From NCBI RefSeq assembly GCF_001194135.2, contig NC_068981.1:142786928-142850927 (forward strand): DNA of 64,000 nucleotides. Direction: 5' to 3'. Origin of the DNA: Octopus bimaculoides (Eukaryota). The notes below the pieces were generated by a model. It was not told the DNA's origin, ran no database searches, and was given only the letters and a program-made list of their open reading frames with translations. The position numbers were made by a program, and so were the translations under genes. Shown here in pieces: positions 40,110-53,230 of this stretch (the stretch's first letter is position 1; the number at the start of each line of letters is the position of its first letter).

Positions 40110-40435
40110 TACTCTGGGCACAAGGTCCTAAGTTTTAGAGAGGAGGTCAGTCGATTAGATCGAACCTTGCACGCAACTGGTACTTTAGTTATCGACCCCA
40201 AAAGGATGAAAGGCAAGGGCAAGCTCTGTGGAATTTGAACACAGAACGTAAAGACAGATGAAATACCGCTAAGGACAGACAAACAGATTAAGTCGATTAT
40301 ATTGACCCCAGTGCGTAACTGGTACTTATTTAATCGACACAGTAAGGATGAAAGGCAAAGTCGACTTCGGCGGAATTTGAACTCAGAACGTAGCGGCAAA
40401 CGAAATACCACTAAGCATTTCTGCCAGCTCGCCGC
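40110..40435 (-). mobile_element. Two tandem tRNA-derived SINE copies (family B body)
   Basis: Repeated gtcgatta..tcgacc...actggtactt...aggatgaaaggcaa...ggaatttgaac.cagaacgta...gaaataccgctaag at 40110-40273 and 40274-40435. Confidence 0.85.
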
Positions 40436-40950
40436 ATTCATGCGCCTTTAAATATCATTTATTCTTGCCATAGCTTTAGATATTTTCTGAAACATATCGT
40501 AGAAAATTTAGGTCATGTTCGCAAATGATATGAATTGTATTTTGTGATTTGGAATATTGTACTAGATGTTCACAATTTTGAAAGTTATCATCAATTTTTG
40601 TGCGTTTGTACGCTGGTCCTAAACACATTCGCAACACAAGATATTTTTACACAAATTATCATGGATAAGATACCATTGCTTGAATGAAACTTCTGCATGT
40701 TTTATGCTATTGGCCAAATTATGATATATTCTAAGAATCAAGATAATACGTTGTAAGCTACATTTTATAAACCTCTACTGCTTAAAATATTCATGTTTTG
40801 GTGACTTCCACTCCATAATTCAATGCCAAGTACTAGTTCTCCAAATTATTGTCAATGTTTTGTGACAACAAATATCATCTCAATTCTACTCATGGTAAAA
40901 TTTCCTCCTTTGCTAATGTTAGGATTCAAATGATTCAGCTATTGTTTCAG

Positions 40951-41006
40951 ATTTGAGGACACGTAATCACAGTCTCTCTTCTCACCGAAGCCAATCTACC
41001 ACAAAA
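40951..41006 (+). CDS. Candidate internal exon of an unidentified gene
   Basis: attgtttcag acceptor and AAA|gtaagt donor; single open frame xLRTRNHSLSSHRSQSTTK; no homology recognised. Confidence 0.2.
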
Positions 41007-42509
41007 GTAAGTTTGAATGTCATTATCATCATTTTAAGTTGTACACTTCCATTATTGATGTGTCAGGTGTAAATGATTTCAAAATATTCTTCTATATCTA
41101 TCTTAAGCACATCACATGTTTAGGCATTTTAAAATGCTTCCGACCATTTTAATGTTTGGCAATGAGTACAGTAAATGTAGATGTGGCAAACCATATCTGA
41201 TAGGGACTAGAGCTCTATATATTTGTAACATTCTTAATCCGCTTAATCTCATTTATCTAAGAACCCATACATGGCAGAGTTGCCATACTAAATAAATGAC
41301 TCGATCAAATCAAATCTGGTGCCTTGAATATCCTATATGTCTCCCTTACAGCAGATTAAAATGCCATTCCTTTATTAAAGCTTTTATAAATTTCAAAGAG
41401 GTATAATCACAAGAGAAGATGTGAAATATTTTTCTTTTGTTTTTTAAAACTCTTGCTTCTAGACAGTTGCAAGGGTACAATTTGTCAGCGTATCACAAAT
41501 CTTCAATGAACTTCAATGAAAATCTATGCTTATGTTTTCTTTGTATTTATTTGTTCAGAAGAATGGTTTACTCTTTCTGAGATACCAGGCAAAATTATAG
41601 ATTTCACAATGTTAATTATATACTTGCTTCCTATTTTCTGAAATGCAAGAACGATAGCTAGTGGAAGATATATTGAGAAATAGATTGGTGCAACAGTATT
41701 ATCCTGCCTGGCTAATATGTCCACATTGGTCTCTGCAGAACACATTTGCGATTGGAGTACGGTTTTATAGAGACGACTTGTTGGACAAATATTTTATAAA
41801 ACTTACACAGGAACCCTAACTTTCACATAAGTCTCAACAGTGCTTTTCTTTTCACAATGACAAAAAGTTTCCTTATGTCAATAATAATCTTGATAGAATG
41901 TTAGATCTTGCTCTACGTTGTTTCCCTGCATCTGTCTGACACCAAACCCAATATTCTTGGTGCCATTACTTAATCTATATGCACACTGGGACATTATATA
42001 TACATAAACTTTTACACTGTTCTCAATATCGTGAAAGTAAACATAAAAACATAAAGAATGCAGGAATAGAAATAAAAGGCAAAATAAAGAAAAATAACTG
42101 GCGTCATACAGAAACGCCTAAACAAGCAAAAATCTGACAAGATCGAGAAGTCATATTAAAATTCAACATCGATTATTTTATTATAAAAAGAAATGCTACA
42201 TAAATACAAATAGACAGTGTGGTATAGATGTAGTTTTGTATATATTTAAGTAGATATTAGTTTACTTTATGAATATACAATATATGAAAATTTACAAACA
42301 GAAATTTTTTCCCAGTTAAGTAATGAATCACGAAATGTGAGTTATTTAAGTGTACATGCAATATTTTTGTTGCATTATTCTTCGGATATGTTCCAAAATG
42401 ATTTCAAGTGAATTTATATTGTATCATGCGATGTACTTTAAAATGCTTGGCTTTTTATAACATTAGTTTTCAATGAGACAGAATATACATACACTTCATA
42501 CATGATAAG

Positions 42510-42730
42510 GGAGTATTACTCCGTAAGGAGCATATGGCCGGTTCCGTGGTTTCTGCAGCGTATGTTTTCCTCTATGGATGAAACAACGGTCCGTCGCAGA
42601 AATACTAACTTTTACCAGCTGAGTGGACTGGAGCAACGTAAAATGAAGTGTCTTGCTAACGAACACAACACAGAGCCCGGTCCAGAAATCGAAACCATTA
42701 TTTTCCGATCATTAGTCCAACACCCTTACT
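42510..42730 (-). mobile_element. tRNA-derived SINE of another family
   Basis: Minus strand head aagggtgttggactaatgatcggaaaataatggtttcgatttctggaccgggc followed by tgtgttgtgttcgttagcaagacacttcatttt core. Confidence 0.7.
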
Positions 42731-43172
42731 GCTATGTAGTTGTAGTTGCAAGTTATAGTATAGCAAACTTCTTCAAAGATAATAAAAGATAATCATATTT
42801 GCTCCTTGCCTGATAACATTGTAGTGCGTGATTGAGTGAAATGTAATTTCTTCACCACGATGGAAAAAAATAATATTCCGAAAACAGAAAAATATTCATG
42901 CTTTTCACGAGATTTTTCCTTTGCTGAAGAAAATATCTCAGAACAACAAGAAAGCAAAATGTTAATGCCAAGAACACAATATGTTTTGAGTCTAATGTTT
43001 ATTTCTCTGCAGTAATAATCTATACTGAAAATAGTGCAAGACAAATAGTTAATGTATAGATAAGGAAATATTTTTATCTCTTGTCATATTCGATTAGGTA
43101 TTTTTAATTATGACTCCAATTATATGCTTCCAATTCACTAAAATACCTTTTACATGTGCTTTCAATTCTCAG

Positions 43173-43280
43173 AGCATATAGAGCGTGTTTTAGTGAAAAC
43201 TTTCCCTCTGCTATCTGTACGCCAACTGAAGTGGAAATTCATGTATTCAATTTGCCAAATTGGCAGAATTTCAATTAACA
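43173..43280 (+). CDS. Candidate 108-nt exon of an unidentified gene
   Basis: tgctttcaattctcag acceptor and ACA|gtatgt donor; length a multiple of 3; phase-1 frame open (HIERVLVKTFPLLSVRQLKWKFMYSICQIGRISIN). Confidence 0.2.
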
Positions 43281-44039
43281 GTATGTGCATATTGAAAATT
43301 CTGCTTTGTTCTTTGTTTGTTCTTGTTAGATTTAGTCTAACACTTGATTTTATGGCCTACTGTTATATCACAGTTCAATTATATAATTATACATGGAATT
43401 CGTTCTCATATAACATATTTTAACCCCATAACATTTAAACGTGGTTTGTTACTGAAATTCCTCACGTTGGTTCCAAGAAAATATAATTCATAGGACAAAA
43501 GATGGTAATTGTTCAGTATAGTAAAAACGAACATTTCGAAAATGCTAGTGAATGAATGTTTTTTCCCCCCAGAAAAATAAACACTAGTATATCTATCTAA
43601 ACATACTACGTTGTGTAGAAAACTAAATTATGGGTTACTACAGATAATATTATTAACAAATTGTTCATTTTTAATTAACCAACCTCGTTACCAAAGGAAA
43701 GGCCTTGATTTTTAACAGAACACCTACAGCACTGATCATCTGTTCGCCATTTCAGTGAGTTTGCTTTGGTGATCAAACTGGGTTTTCTGGAAAGCTACTT
43801 GGGAGACGTTGCTCCACTTTTTCAATTATATTTGATTACATGCGCCTGAGCGTAAAAGAGGAAAAGAAAAGTTACATATCCAGTGCTTGATTGTTATTTA
43901 TCTATTGAATCCGGGAAAATGAGAGGTAAACATGACCTGTAAGTGAATTGAACTGAATTCGGGAGAATTACAGGAAAATATTTGTATCCTGTAGAATGTT
44001 ACTATAACATAAAAACAAACACACACACACTCCCGACCC

Positions 44040-44337
44040 TATCATATCACTGATTCCTTCACCTGTAATTCCAGCAACGTCATCTACTGCATCTCCTGCT
44101 CTCTGTGTCCTTCTCTATACATCGGTCAAACGGGACTCCTATTGGCTTACCGGTTGGCGGAACACCTCCGAGACACCAGACTCGGCAACGACACCCCGGT
44201 CTCGTGCCATTTCCGTGTTCAGATTGTCCTTGCATAGGGGCCATTCAGACTCCCGTCTTCACCGTGAACAAAGATTAATCTTCTATCTTCGCTCCTTTTC
44301 GCCAAATGGGCTCAACTTTCCTCCTCTCTTCATCTAA
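44040..44337 (+). mobile_element. Penelope-like element GIY-YIG endonuclease fragment
   Basis: ITDSFTCNSSNVIYCISCSLCPSLYIGQTG...RLAEHLRD...PVSCHF...REQRLIFYLRSFSPNGLN; pyrimidine-rich tail follows; not in the ORF track. Confidence 0.9.
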
Positions 44338-44658
44338 CCCGCCTCCTCTCTCCTTTCTTCCTCTTACTTTCTTTCCGCCACTATACCTATATATATGTAT
44401 ATATATACCTATATATATATATATAGGTATGTTACAGTAAACAGAAATAATAAAACTGAAAATATTAGTATATGTATATATTTATTCATGTTTACAGAAG
44501 TAACAAAGTGGCTCAGAGTCCGAGAGTTTCGTGCGTTGGCACTTATCAAACTTCGATAAGTGCTACAATAAATTGATTTGATAATGGCCAACGCACTAAA
44601 TTCTTGGACCTTGAGTCATCCTGTTACTTCTGCTAAATATTAGTATATATATGTGGGA

Positions 44659-44700
<42 letters not shown>

Positions 44701-44732
44701 NNNNNNNNNNNNNNNNNNNNNNNNNNNNNNNN

Positions 44733-44769
<37 letters not shown>

Positions 44770-44776
<7 letters not shown>

Positions 44777-44950
44777 GATGTGGCTACAGGACGTCACCAG
44801 CGGTTCAAAACAACATGAAATACGAAAATAAACGCGTAAAATACGTAAACAACGAGAAAAATGAAAAACCGGACATGTAATCACAGAAAATGTACCCGTC
44901 ATCAGTTGTCGGCTGTCTATCTACTCCTTGTTTGGGAACGCTCAGTGCAT
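44770..44950. repeat. Dispersed copy of the 2640-3105 repeat unit
   Basis: ctacaggacgtcac...cacagaaaat...tcatcagttg...ctatctactc shared with 2695-2815 and 2945-3095. Confidence 0.6.
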
Positions 44951-45106
44951 ACATGTATAAAAATATATGTGTGTGTGTCTGCGTCTGTGTGTGTTTGGTG
45001 TTTGTGAGTGTACCTGTGTATCTGTTTGTACGTGTGCAATATTTGGAGTTTGTGCTTATGTAAATGTCTGTTTGGCTTTATGTATGTATGCATGTATTTA
45101 TGCATG

Positions 45107-45140
<34 letters not shown>

Positions 45141-46324
45141 TGTATGTATGTATGTATGCATGTATGCATGCATGTATGTACGAAAGTACGTATGTATGTA
45201 TGTATGTATGTATATGTGTATCTGTACTTAGTTTGGTTTTAGGATTTTTGCATATGTATGTCTGCATTAGGTGCTGCTATGTGTTATTTAATGTGCTTGA
45301 ATCTGACTCAAACTTTTGGTGATTTTATATGCTTTCCCGTTGTTTATTTTCTATGATATCATTGAACAAAAATGTGTATAGATATTTTTATACACCTGAA
45401 CGATTAAGTATGATTATTCATTGTGGTCTTGTATAGGAAACAAATATTTATTGAAAATTTAATACACTTATCTTTGAGCTCAATGTATGTTACAGTTGTT
45501 ATAATATATAACTGTGGATTTAGAAATTAATATAAAGCATTCACTCTAAAGCACATCTATTGTTACATCTTTTGAATATATATATTATCTTTGTGAAAAT
45601 ATGGGTAATCGTTTCCTCTCATAATCCTCATTTAATCCGCTTGTAGCCCTTCATTTGCAGTCTATTACAATTGAATCTATTTTCACAAACTGTAATTAAA
45701 GCCATTGAAAACAGCATATATCTTTATTTACTATTAGCTAAATTATTACAATCACTGACATTAACAACGCCATCATATAGTTGCTGGTAGTAGTAATGTA
45801 ATAACATTCAATATCAACCAAGAATCACCGAGGCGCGACGTTCTATATGATAGTTTGTCGTGCCAGAAATTCATACACATCTCCCATATTTCATACTACT
45901 TCTTAAGTGAAGGAAAAAAAACCCTCACTTGATATGATCTTATATACTCTTGATAAAGGTAGAATGACCATAGCTCTCAGTGCTGACCTACGGCTAATTG
46001 ATAACAACACGGAAAACAGCAAGAAGAACAGCAACGTATTACAATCTATATATTAAATTGTTAATCTGAGCTTTATGTGACTAATGGTAAGTTCCAGCAA
46101 CTCCTTATAACTTCTGTAATTTACGTGGTTCATCTCAGCGTGCAGTCGTTTGGATCATTTGTATATTAGAATGTCACGTACATTGCAATTACCTCTAAAT
46201 CTATACGTAAGACTTCCGTATCAAAAGGAGTTGTCACATATATGTGATACTGAAGAACATAGTAGAGTACTTGCAATCCTAATTTATTCGGAGCCTAACG
46301 GAACAACTATTCTCCTGTTTTTAG

Positions 46325-46389
46325 CTACACCTTCAACAATAGCAGATACACATTCCTCACACTACAGCTTCAGAAGTATGCACACATTG
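46325..46389 (+). CDS. Candidate 65-nt exon of an unidentified gene
   Basis: ttctcctgtttttag acceptor and TTG|gtaaat donor; two open frames (YTFNNSRYTFLTLQLQKYAHI or TPSTIADTHSSHYSFRSMHTL). Confidence 0.28.
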
Positions 46390-46653
46390 GTAAATGTACC
46401 GTTGATTTCAATGTTTCTAGAAAAATGACCTGATGTTTACGAGTGCAATGACTTTTGTAACTGATTTACTGGACCACAGGAGACCTGAGATTAAATGACC
46501 ACACACACATATTCTAAAGTTACAAGAGAAATAACTTCAACAGGAACACCTGGTCTTCACACATCCTAAGCGTTCTCTTCCTTCATGGTAATGGTCAGAT
46601 CTATGAAGAATCAAATGAGATTTTCATTTGGCGCGTTGAAATTCAATACTGCT

Positions 46654-46972
46654 GAGCAATGCACAATTCTTAGAAGTGACAATTTTCTGTCTCTACTTGC
46701 AGAAGAAGTCTCACTGATACTTTTGGAATTAATCAGAATTAGTAAAATTTTATGAATTGTTTTCGTTCAGCTATATTTCATCTATATTTCATCGATTATA
46801 GCGATTTATGAAATGTTTTAGTTGAGCAATGCAGAATTCTTAGAAGTGACAATTGTCTGTCTCTACTTGCAGAAGAAGCCTTACTGATACTTTTGGAATT
46901 AATCAGAATTAGTAAAATTTATGCATTGTTTTCGTTCACCTATATTTTAACTATATTTCATCGATTATAGCG
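46654..46972. repeat. 170-bp-period tandem duplication containing an exon-like cassette
   Basis: Copies 46654-46804 and 46824-46972 nearly identical; each carries tctgtctctacttgcag|39 nt|gtaaaa. Confidence 0.92.
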
Positions 46973-49900
46973 AAAGAGTCGTCCACAATTCTTTATCAGG
47001 AATCGCAAGACATGTATTAAGAAGGGAGATGAAGTTAAGTATCTAGAGAATAAATTCATCTCCCGAACAATGCAGACTCTGCAAAAGACATATGCACAAA
47101 AAAGGTTGGATTTGTTTCTAAAAACAGCAACAAATTATATCTATCACAATACTCCTTCACAGAAAAAAAGTTGAAGCAATGCCTTAGTTAAAACCAAATG
47201 TATTGCTTGGTACAATTATATACTCCACATAATATGCATTGTGCAAATTGGCGTGTTTAGACACTCCTGTCTTGTGATGGGTGAGCAGATTTTCTGCAGC
47301 GTAATTTCTTTACGTATGCACTTTGGATTAAGATTTTTCATTCAAACCTTTTAACTTCATTCTCTCCATGCAAACGTATTATTAGATTCATCAATAATTA
47401 ATACAATAAATATGACGTTTTCAAAGTACATCACTGTCAATTACAGTTATATACTATTTCTCTTAATTTGATTTTCGCAGAAGCTTGTTTGTTGTATAAT
47501 ACCTTTAAGTATGTCGCAAGTGATTCAAAAACATTTAAATAAAATATGCATGTGTTATTAATTTTCTCTACTATAACCCTGGGTTCCAAGCTATAGAATA
47601 TAGCAGGCTTAAGCCTATGCCTTGTGAGTTTTTATACATAAAATGCATTGTAGTAAATTAGACAGCTGTTATTTCTATATTGAGAGATTCTCACTTGAGA
47701 CATGAGTGTGTTTAAGTCATGACAACAGATTCTAGAAATTAATTTGCAATTATCAGTCACTTAAAAGTCGGACAAGAGAAGATAATTTTATAAAAATAAG
47801 TCTTACAAGGTACTTTGATAGATTTCAGTATTATGAAATGTAGTAAACACATTTACCTGTCTAAATGTTTATTCATATGTTCAGGTGATATCTCTAGAGA
47901 ATTCAACTTATCTATATGTGTACATCAATTTCAAATAACCCAGACTACATAATAAATATAAAATAACACCTTTACTCTGCAAAAAAAATTTCTCTAATTT
48001 TCTACTTTATTATTTTCCAGATTTATTTATTTATTCATTTATTTATTTATTTATTTATTTACTTGCTATTACTAAATTTCTACACAGTGTTGAAATACAG
48101 TGATTGTTAAAATCTAGCATTACATTTACTCTTCAATTCAGAGAAAGGGTAAGTAACACAGACGCATTTTTTTTTGAGCATATTTTCTATGCTTTTAGTG
48201 TAATATTGATTTTACACGATATTTGTTCATCGATTACCATGTCTTTTCTTCATAGACAAATATGATGGTGTTAGAATGATCACATACTAAACTCATATCA
48301 AGGAAAAAACATTATTAACATTTTTCGGTATATCAAGTTTTATTTTCAATCAGAAGCTACTTTTGTATAACGTTTCTATAGTGTGAATGATGGCAATAAT
48401 TTTTCTCGATGTGACAATAATTCTATTTGTAAATCACGTCTCATTGATATTATATTTCATATTGTTACGCTTAGTGGATTACCGCAGTAAGTCTAAATAT
48501 TTTTGGGAAATCGTTTTGAATTCATCAAGGGCCATGTTCTGGAACTAAACAGGCTGAGGGAATGAGTCTACAACCCATGAAGAGGCATAACCCATTCTAC
48601 TGTAATTCTCGTAGGTACCGTTTTCCGGATTCAACTCAGAAAGTTTGAATCAACTCGAAGCTTCGACACAGAACATTTAATCTAAATGCTACCCCTGACA
48701 CTGAACAAGAATTTATGTGAAATTGAAGCGCCGTCTTAAATACTGTATCAGTCATAGGTCATTAAATGCTTATAATTGTTTTCTTTATAATTTCAATGTA
48801 CAAGATTGATAATTTTGATTAATATTTTGATTCAGCTTTCATTTTGAGAATATTGCAGGCAATCGCTTAATGAATATTAAATAAGTAAACAACGAGAATG
48901 CTATGAAAATATGCTCCCATACCGATTGAGATGTTTAATAAATTGCGCTTAATGGAATGATGGATATTCTATTCTGTTATTTCATATATCCCAAATTGCG
49001 TAATGAAACGTTAATCTAGCGACAATATCAGATGCATGTGAGAGCTCATACGTATGGATTTCTGTTAATGTTACATTCTTCATGTTTCTGTTTTGTGGTG
49101 GTAGATATATCGATAAAACCATTTCACTACATACTCCCTGTTCAATACGATGCGTCGTAAGTAAATTATAACTTATGTATGCTACAAAGAAAATTTCAGG
49201 ATAAAAGTTTAAAATGTTTATATTTACAACTTCTAGCTGAGAAATCAACGTAGCCACGATTTTCAACATTGAACAATATAAATAATACATATTACATATA
49301 TGCGGTCTTTATTTCGGCATCGACCGCAAGGTTATACCGTTTTCTTTACTATTTCCACATTATTTTCTCATTTCCCACATCACTCTTACCTTTAGCTCAT
49401 TAATATTCCATTTAACACATCACGCCTAACTAAACACTTGCATCCTACATTGCCCATCCACCTGTTCCTTACGGATACATGGATTTGTATATGTAAACAA
49501 TATCCCGACTCCTCCTGTCTCCTTAACTCTACCATAGAACCACATTCCTAATCGGTCTCTAACATTTTTCTCCATTTCATTTCATCTCATTTCTACAACT
49601 CTTCATTTCTTGTTTCTGGCGAAGTATTCTATGTCTGCAACGTCCAGACACTTTTCCTTTTTCTTTTCCATTTTCTTTTCAAGCCTGAGACTTATGTGAA
49701 TACTTGTCCCTTTAGTACTTTTTTTCTTTTACCTCATTTATTGTATATGTGTGTGTGTTTGCCTGCATGTATGTATGCACCTACATAAGAAGAGAAATGA
49801 AAACCACTGCACGGTTATTGGAGATTCGTGCGTGCGTGCGCGTGTGTTTGTATGCATGCACGTGTGTGTTCCTCTCTGAATATCGTATATACTGAGTGGA

Positions 49901-50698
49901 GAGGGAAACATACATTCTGTAAAGTGTAATATTTTGCGCATCATTGATGAAAAAAGAATAAAAACGTTTCTTTAAGAAAATACCAAGTATCTGAGTTTTG
50001 ATTCCTAGGTACACCTTGTTTAAGTGAGATCATTGTGCTTGTAATTGTTCCGTTTTTCAATATCTGGGGTACCGATTCGGATCATTTGTGAATTGATATT
50101 TTCACAGCTAGCCTGACGCCTGTCGCTACTGTGTCTGATAGGCCCACCACTGCAACGGCTGCTATCATTGTGAAACTGTTTGAGATTTCGAATAACATCG
50201 TCATTCAGGGATAAGTTTTATTCCCGATAACCATTGCAAAATAATTTCGGCTAGAAAGCTCCTCTCGATTACTTCTGAAAAGCAGTGTTCGTATATATAG
50301 GAAGTAAAGAGAAATCTTATGACATAAGCATGTCTGTTGAGAAAGTAATGCATTTTCTGATTGGTTCCAATATAATGACGTTGGCAGACTTGTTGGCGCA
50401 ATTCACCTGGGCGAATCACATATTTTACAACGTTAGACTTTCGATGTGAAATGTGATAAAGAATGGAAGTTTGCTCATACCGAAATGTTTGGTATTGGAG
50501 ATGTTGTAGTCAAAAGAAAATTAACAAACTATAGATCTATTTTCGTGACAACTGTTGTGATGACTGTAACAAACTTAGATAATTTGCAACTTGTAAAATT
50601 CAACATATCTTGTTTTTACATACTACTCAAAGAAGCTACATCTTTCATTAATTCGAACACGCATTTTTCTTTCACTATTTTCCATTTCCCTGTTCCTT

Positions 50699-50730
<32 letters not shown>

Positions 50731-50800
50731 GCACACACACACACACACACGCACGTACTCACTCCATGTATGTGTGTGTGTCTCTCTCTCTCTTCCCCTG

Positions 50801-50832
<32 letters not shown>

Positions 50833-51990
50833 CCATACAACACAAAGTCTCTAACTATTTCTCTATCTATCTGTCTGTCTATCTCCCTATCTACTTATCT
50901 ATCTATCTAACATTCCCTCGTCAACTTTTTCAAGTACCACTTGAAAAGGAGGATGAGGATAGAGAGGAAAGTGTTGTCGAATGAAAGTTTCAATAAAAAA
51001 TGGGTAAATGTGGCAAGAATGGTAAGAATGAAAGACGACACCATTTTAANNNNNNNNNNNNNNNNNNNNNNNNNNNNNNNNNNNNNNNNNNNNNNNNNNN
51101 NNNNNNNNNNNNNNNNNNNNNNNNNNNNNNNNNNNNNNNNNNNNNNNNNNNNNNNNNNNNNNNNNNNNNNNNNNNNNNNNNNNNNNNNNNNNNNNNNNNN
51201 NNNNNNNNNNNNNNNNNNNNNNNNNNNNNNNNNNNNNNNNNNNNNNNNNNNNNNNNNNNNNNNNNNNNNNNNNNNNNNNNNNNNNNNNNNNNNNNNNNNN
51301 NNNNNNNCCCTTTTGATCCAAATTACCCCCCCCCCCCAAAGCTCTACTTTGTAATTTGTCCATTTTCTGTATTTAGCCCTGTGTGGCTATAATAAAAAGA
51401 TATCTAACATTCACATGTTTCTAATCTTTTCCTCTCTTTCGCTGCTCTTTTTGCCCAAGTGCTAGTCGTACTCAACAGAGATAGCAAATACTACATCGTC
51501 CCACAAGAGCATTCAGTTTGATAATTAATTAATGCGATGAGTTTGAGAAATATGATTATGGTAGGTGTGGGCAATTAATTAATATAGACATTACATAATT
51601 TGAATATATTTGTTTGCCACTACGGAGAAGGTCAATCTATTTATCATACAGCACACAAAACAGACAAAGAGGAAATAAGCTATATTCAATGTAATTGAAA
51701 ACAGTCGATCATTTGTTTGTGCTTTAATACAGCTACCTACTTAAGTTGTCTGCATCGATAAGTTGTCAGGCTCTCAGCTGAAGCCGTCTCTTATCTTATT
51801 TTTGAGCAATAAAATTCTTCTGTTTACTTGTCTGTCCAGAGTACAAAAAGAGATCGGATGATGGCAGGCCGACAAACTTGTTGAAATCTAATGATGCCAA
51901 ACTTAATCTTCTACCATATATTGTTGACTTTTTCAAGCTATTCCCTGTTATAAGGACAGAAATGATACTGTAATAGTATATCATAATAGT

Positions 51991-52033
<43 letters not shown>

Positions 52034-52589
52034 CGTGCGCGCGTGTACGTGTGTTTTTGCGTAGCATCAAAACAAAGGGGGATTAATAAGGGACAGGGAG
52101 TCAGACAAAATATTTCTTAAGCTCTCTGCAGAGAAAAAGAATATACTAGGCTAACAACAATATTTTGTGATCTTATGATCGATATTCAACTCCAGGTAAT
52201 CCGAAGTTGAAGGGCGAAGTCGAAGTTCATAACCAGTCAAATTTCTAAATTCGTGGCCGTAATACCCGCTTGCGATGGTATATTATTACGGTGTGAATAT
52301 AAAATAAACAAAATTAACGGGTTATATACCTTTATTCATATATTCATTTATTTATTATAGGCGTACAGTTGTTTCAGGTATGCATTTGTGTACGTTCATG
52401 GTCCAATTTTATCAATCGACTGAAATTATAGGGAACGATCATCGCAACGCTATCTTCTCCAGGGCCAAAACAAACAGAAGAAAAGAAAAAGGTGTTGGAA
52501 TTTGGTCAGTGTGACAATCATACGGAACTAGGTCACCTGTTTCTAGTCATGAGCCTTAAGCTGTCTTCTCTTTTTTTACCAAGAGTGAA

Positions 52590-53230
52590 CAGTATTGATC
52601 TTCAGTAAAGAAATTTGATACACCACATCTTTAGGGTCAATGGGTATGTTGCTCGGAATCTTGAAGAAGAGAGTAGAATTGACACGAACTGCAGCCTCTC
52701 TTGGACACAGGACCACTACATCACATCTCAATTTGATGGTTATGCATTTGCAATCCAAGAACAGGAGATTGCCACAAAGTATCGGGTGAACTACAGAGAG
52801 ATTGACGCTCTTGTTATCCCAAGGTGCAACCGCATGTGTAGGCTATGTCATGTTTCTGTGGATGACATTACGCATGAGATTAGCATGTGTCCTAAAATTT
52901 TGTCACAGTACTATCTTCCTATGCTATACGTTGTCGTTACTAAAGCAATTTACAATGCCATACGAAAAAAAAAAAGAGGTTAACATAAAGCTAGAGATCA
53001 GTGAAAAAGAGAACGGCTATGGTGAACTATTGAGAAATCTGCAGTTACTCTGTCCACATTACTATTTCAGGTTTCAACCTGTAATTATTGGGGACACAGA
53101 ATATGTAACAGACTTCTTTAATACCAATCTTGAGAAATTAGGCTTCTCAAAGCTAGAAAAGAGAAAGCTAATTAGAAGACTACAGATCCAATAAATCACT
53201 GAAACTGCAAAAGTCTGTAACAATTTCTAG
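52590..53230 (+). mobile_element. R4/Dong-type RLE element 3' fragment (third family), internally deleted
   Basis: ITSQFDGYAFAIQEQEIATKY...CRLCHVSVDDITHEISMCP (CCHC knuckle)...YGELLRNLQLL...FQPVIIG. Confidence 0.85.

Noticed and set aside
43719-43754. 36-nt exon-like segment as a standalone CDS call
   Set aside because: One frame (YSTDHLFAI) equally resembles the RTE RT motif ST.DHLF.I, so it may be a LINE scrap; kept only within the speculative exon chain.
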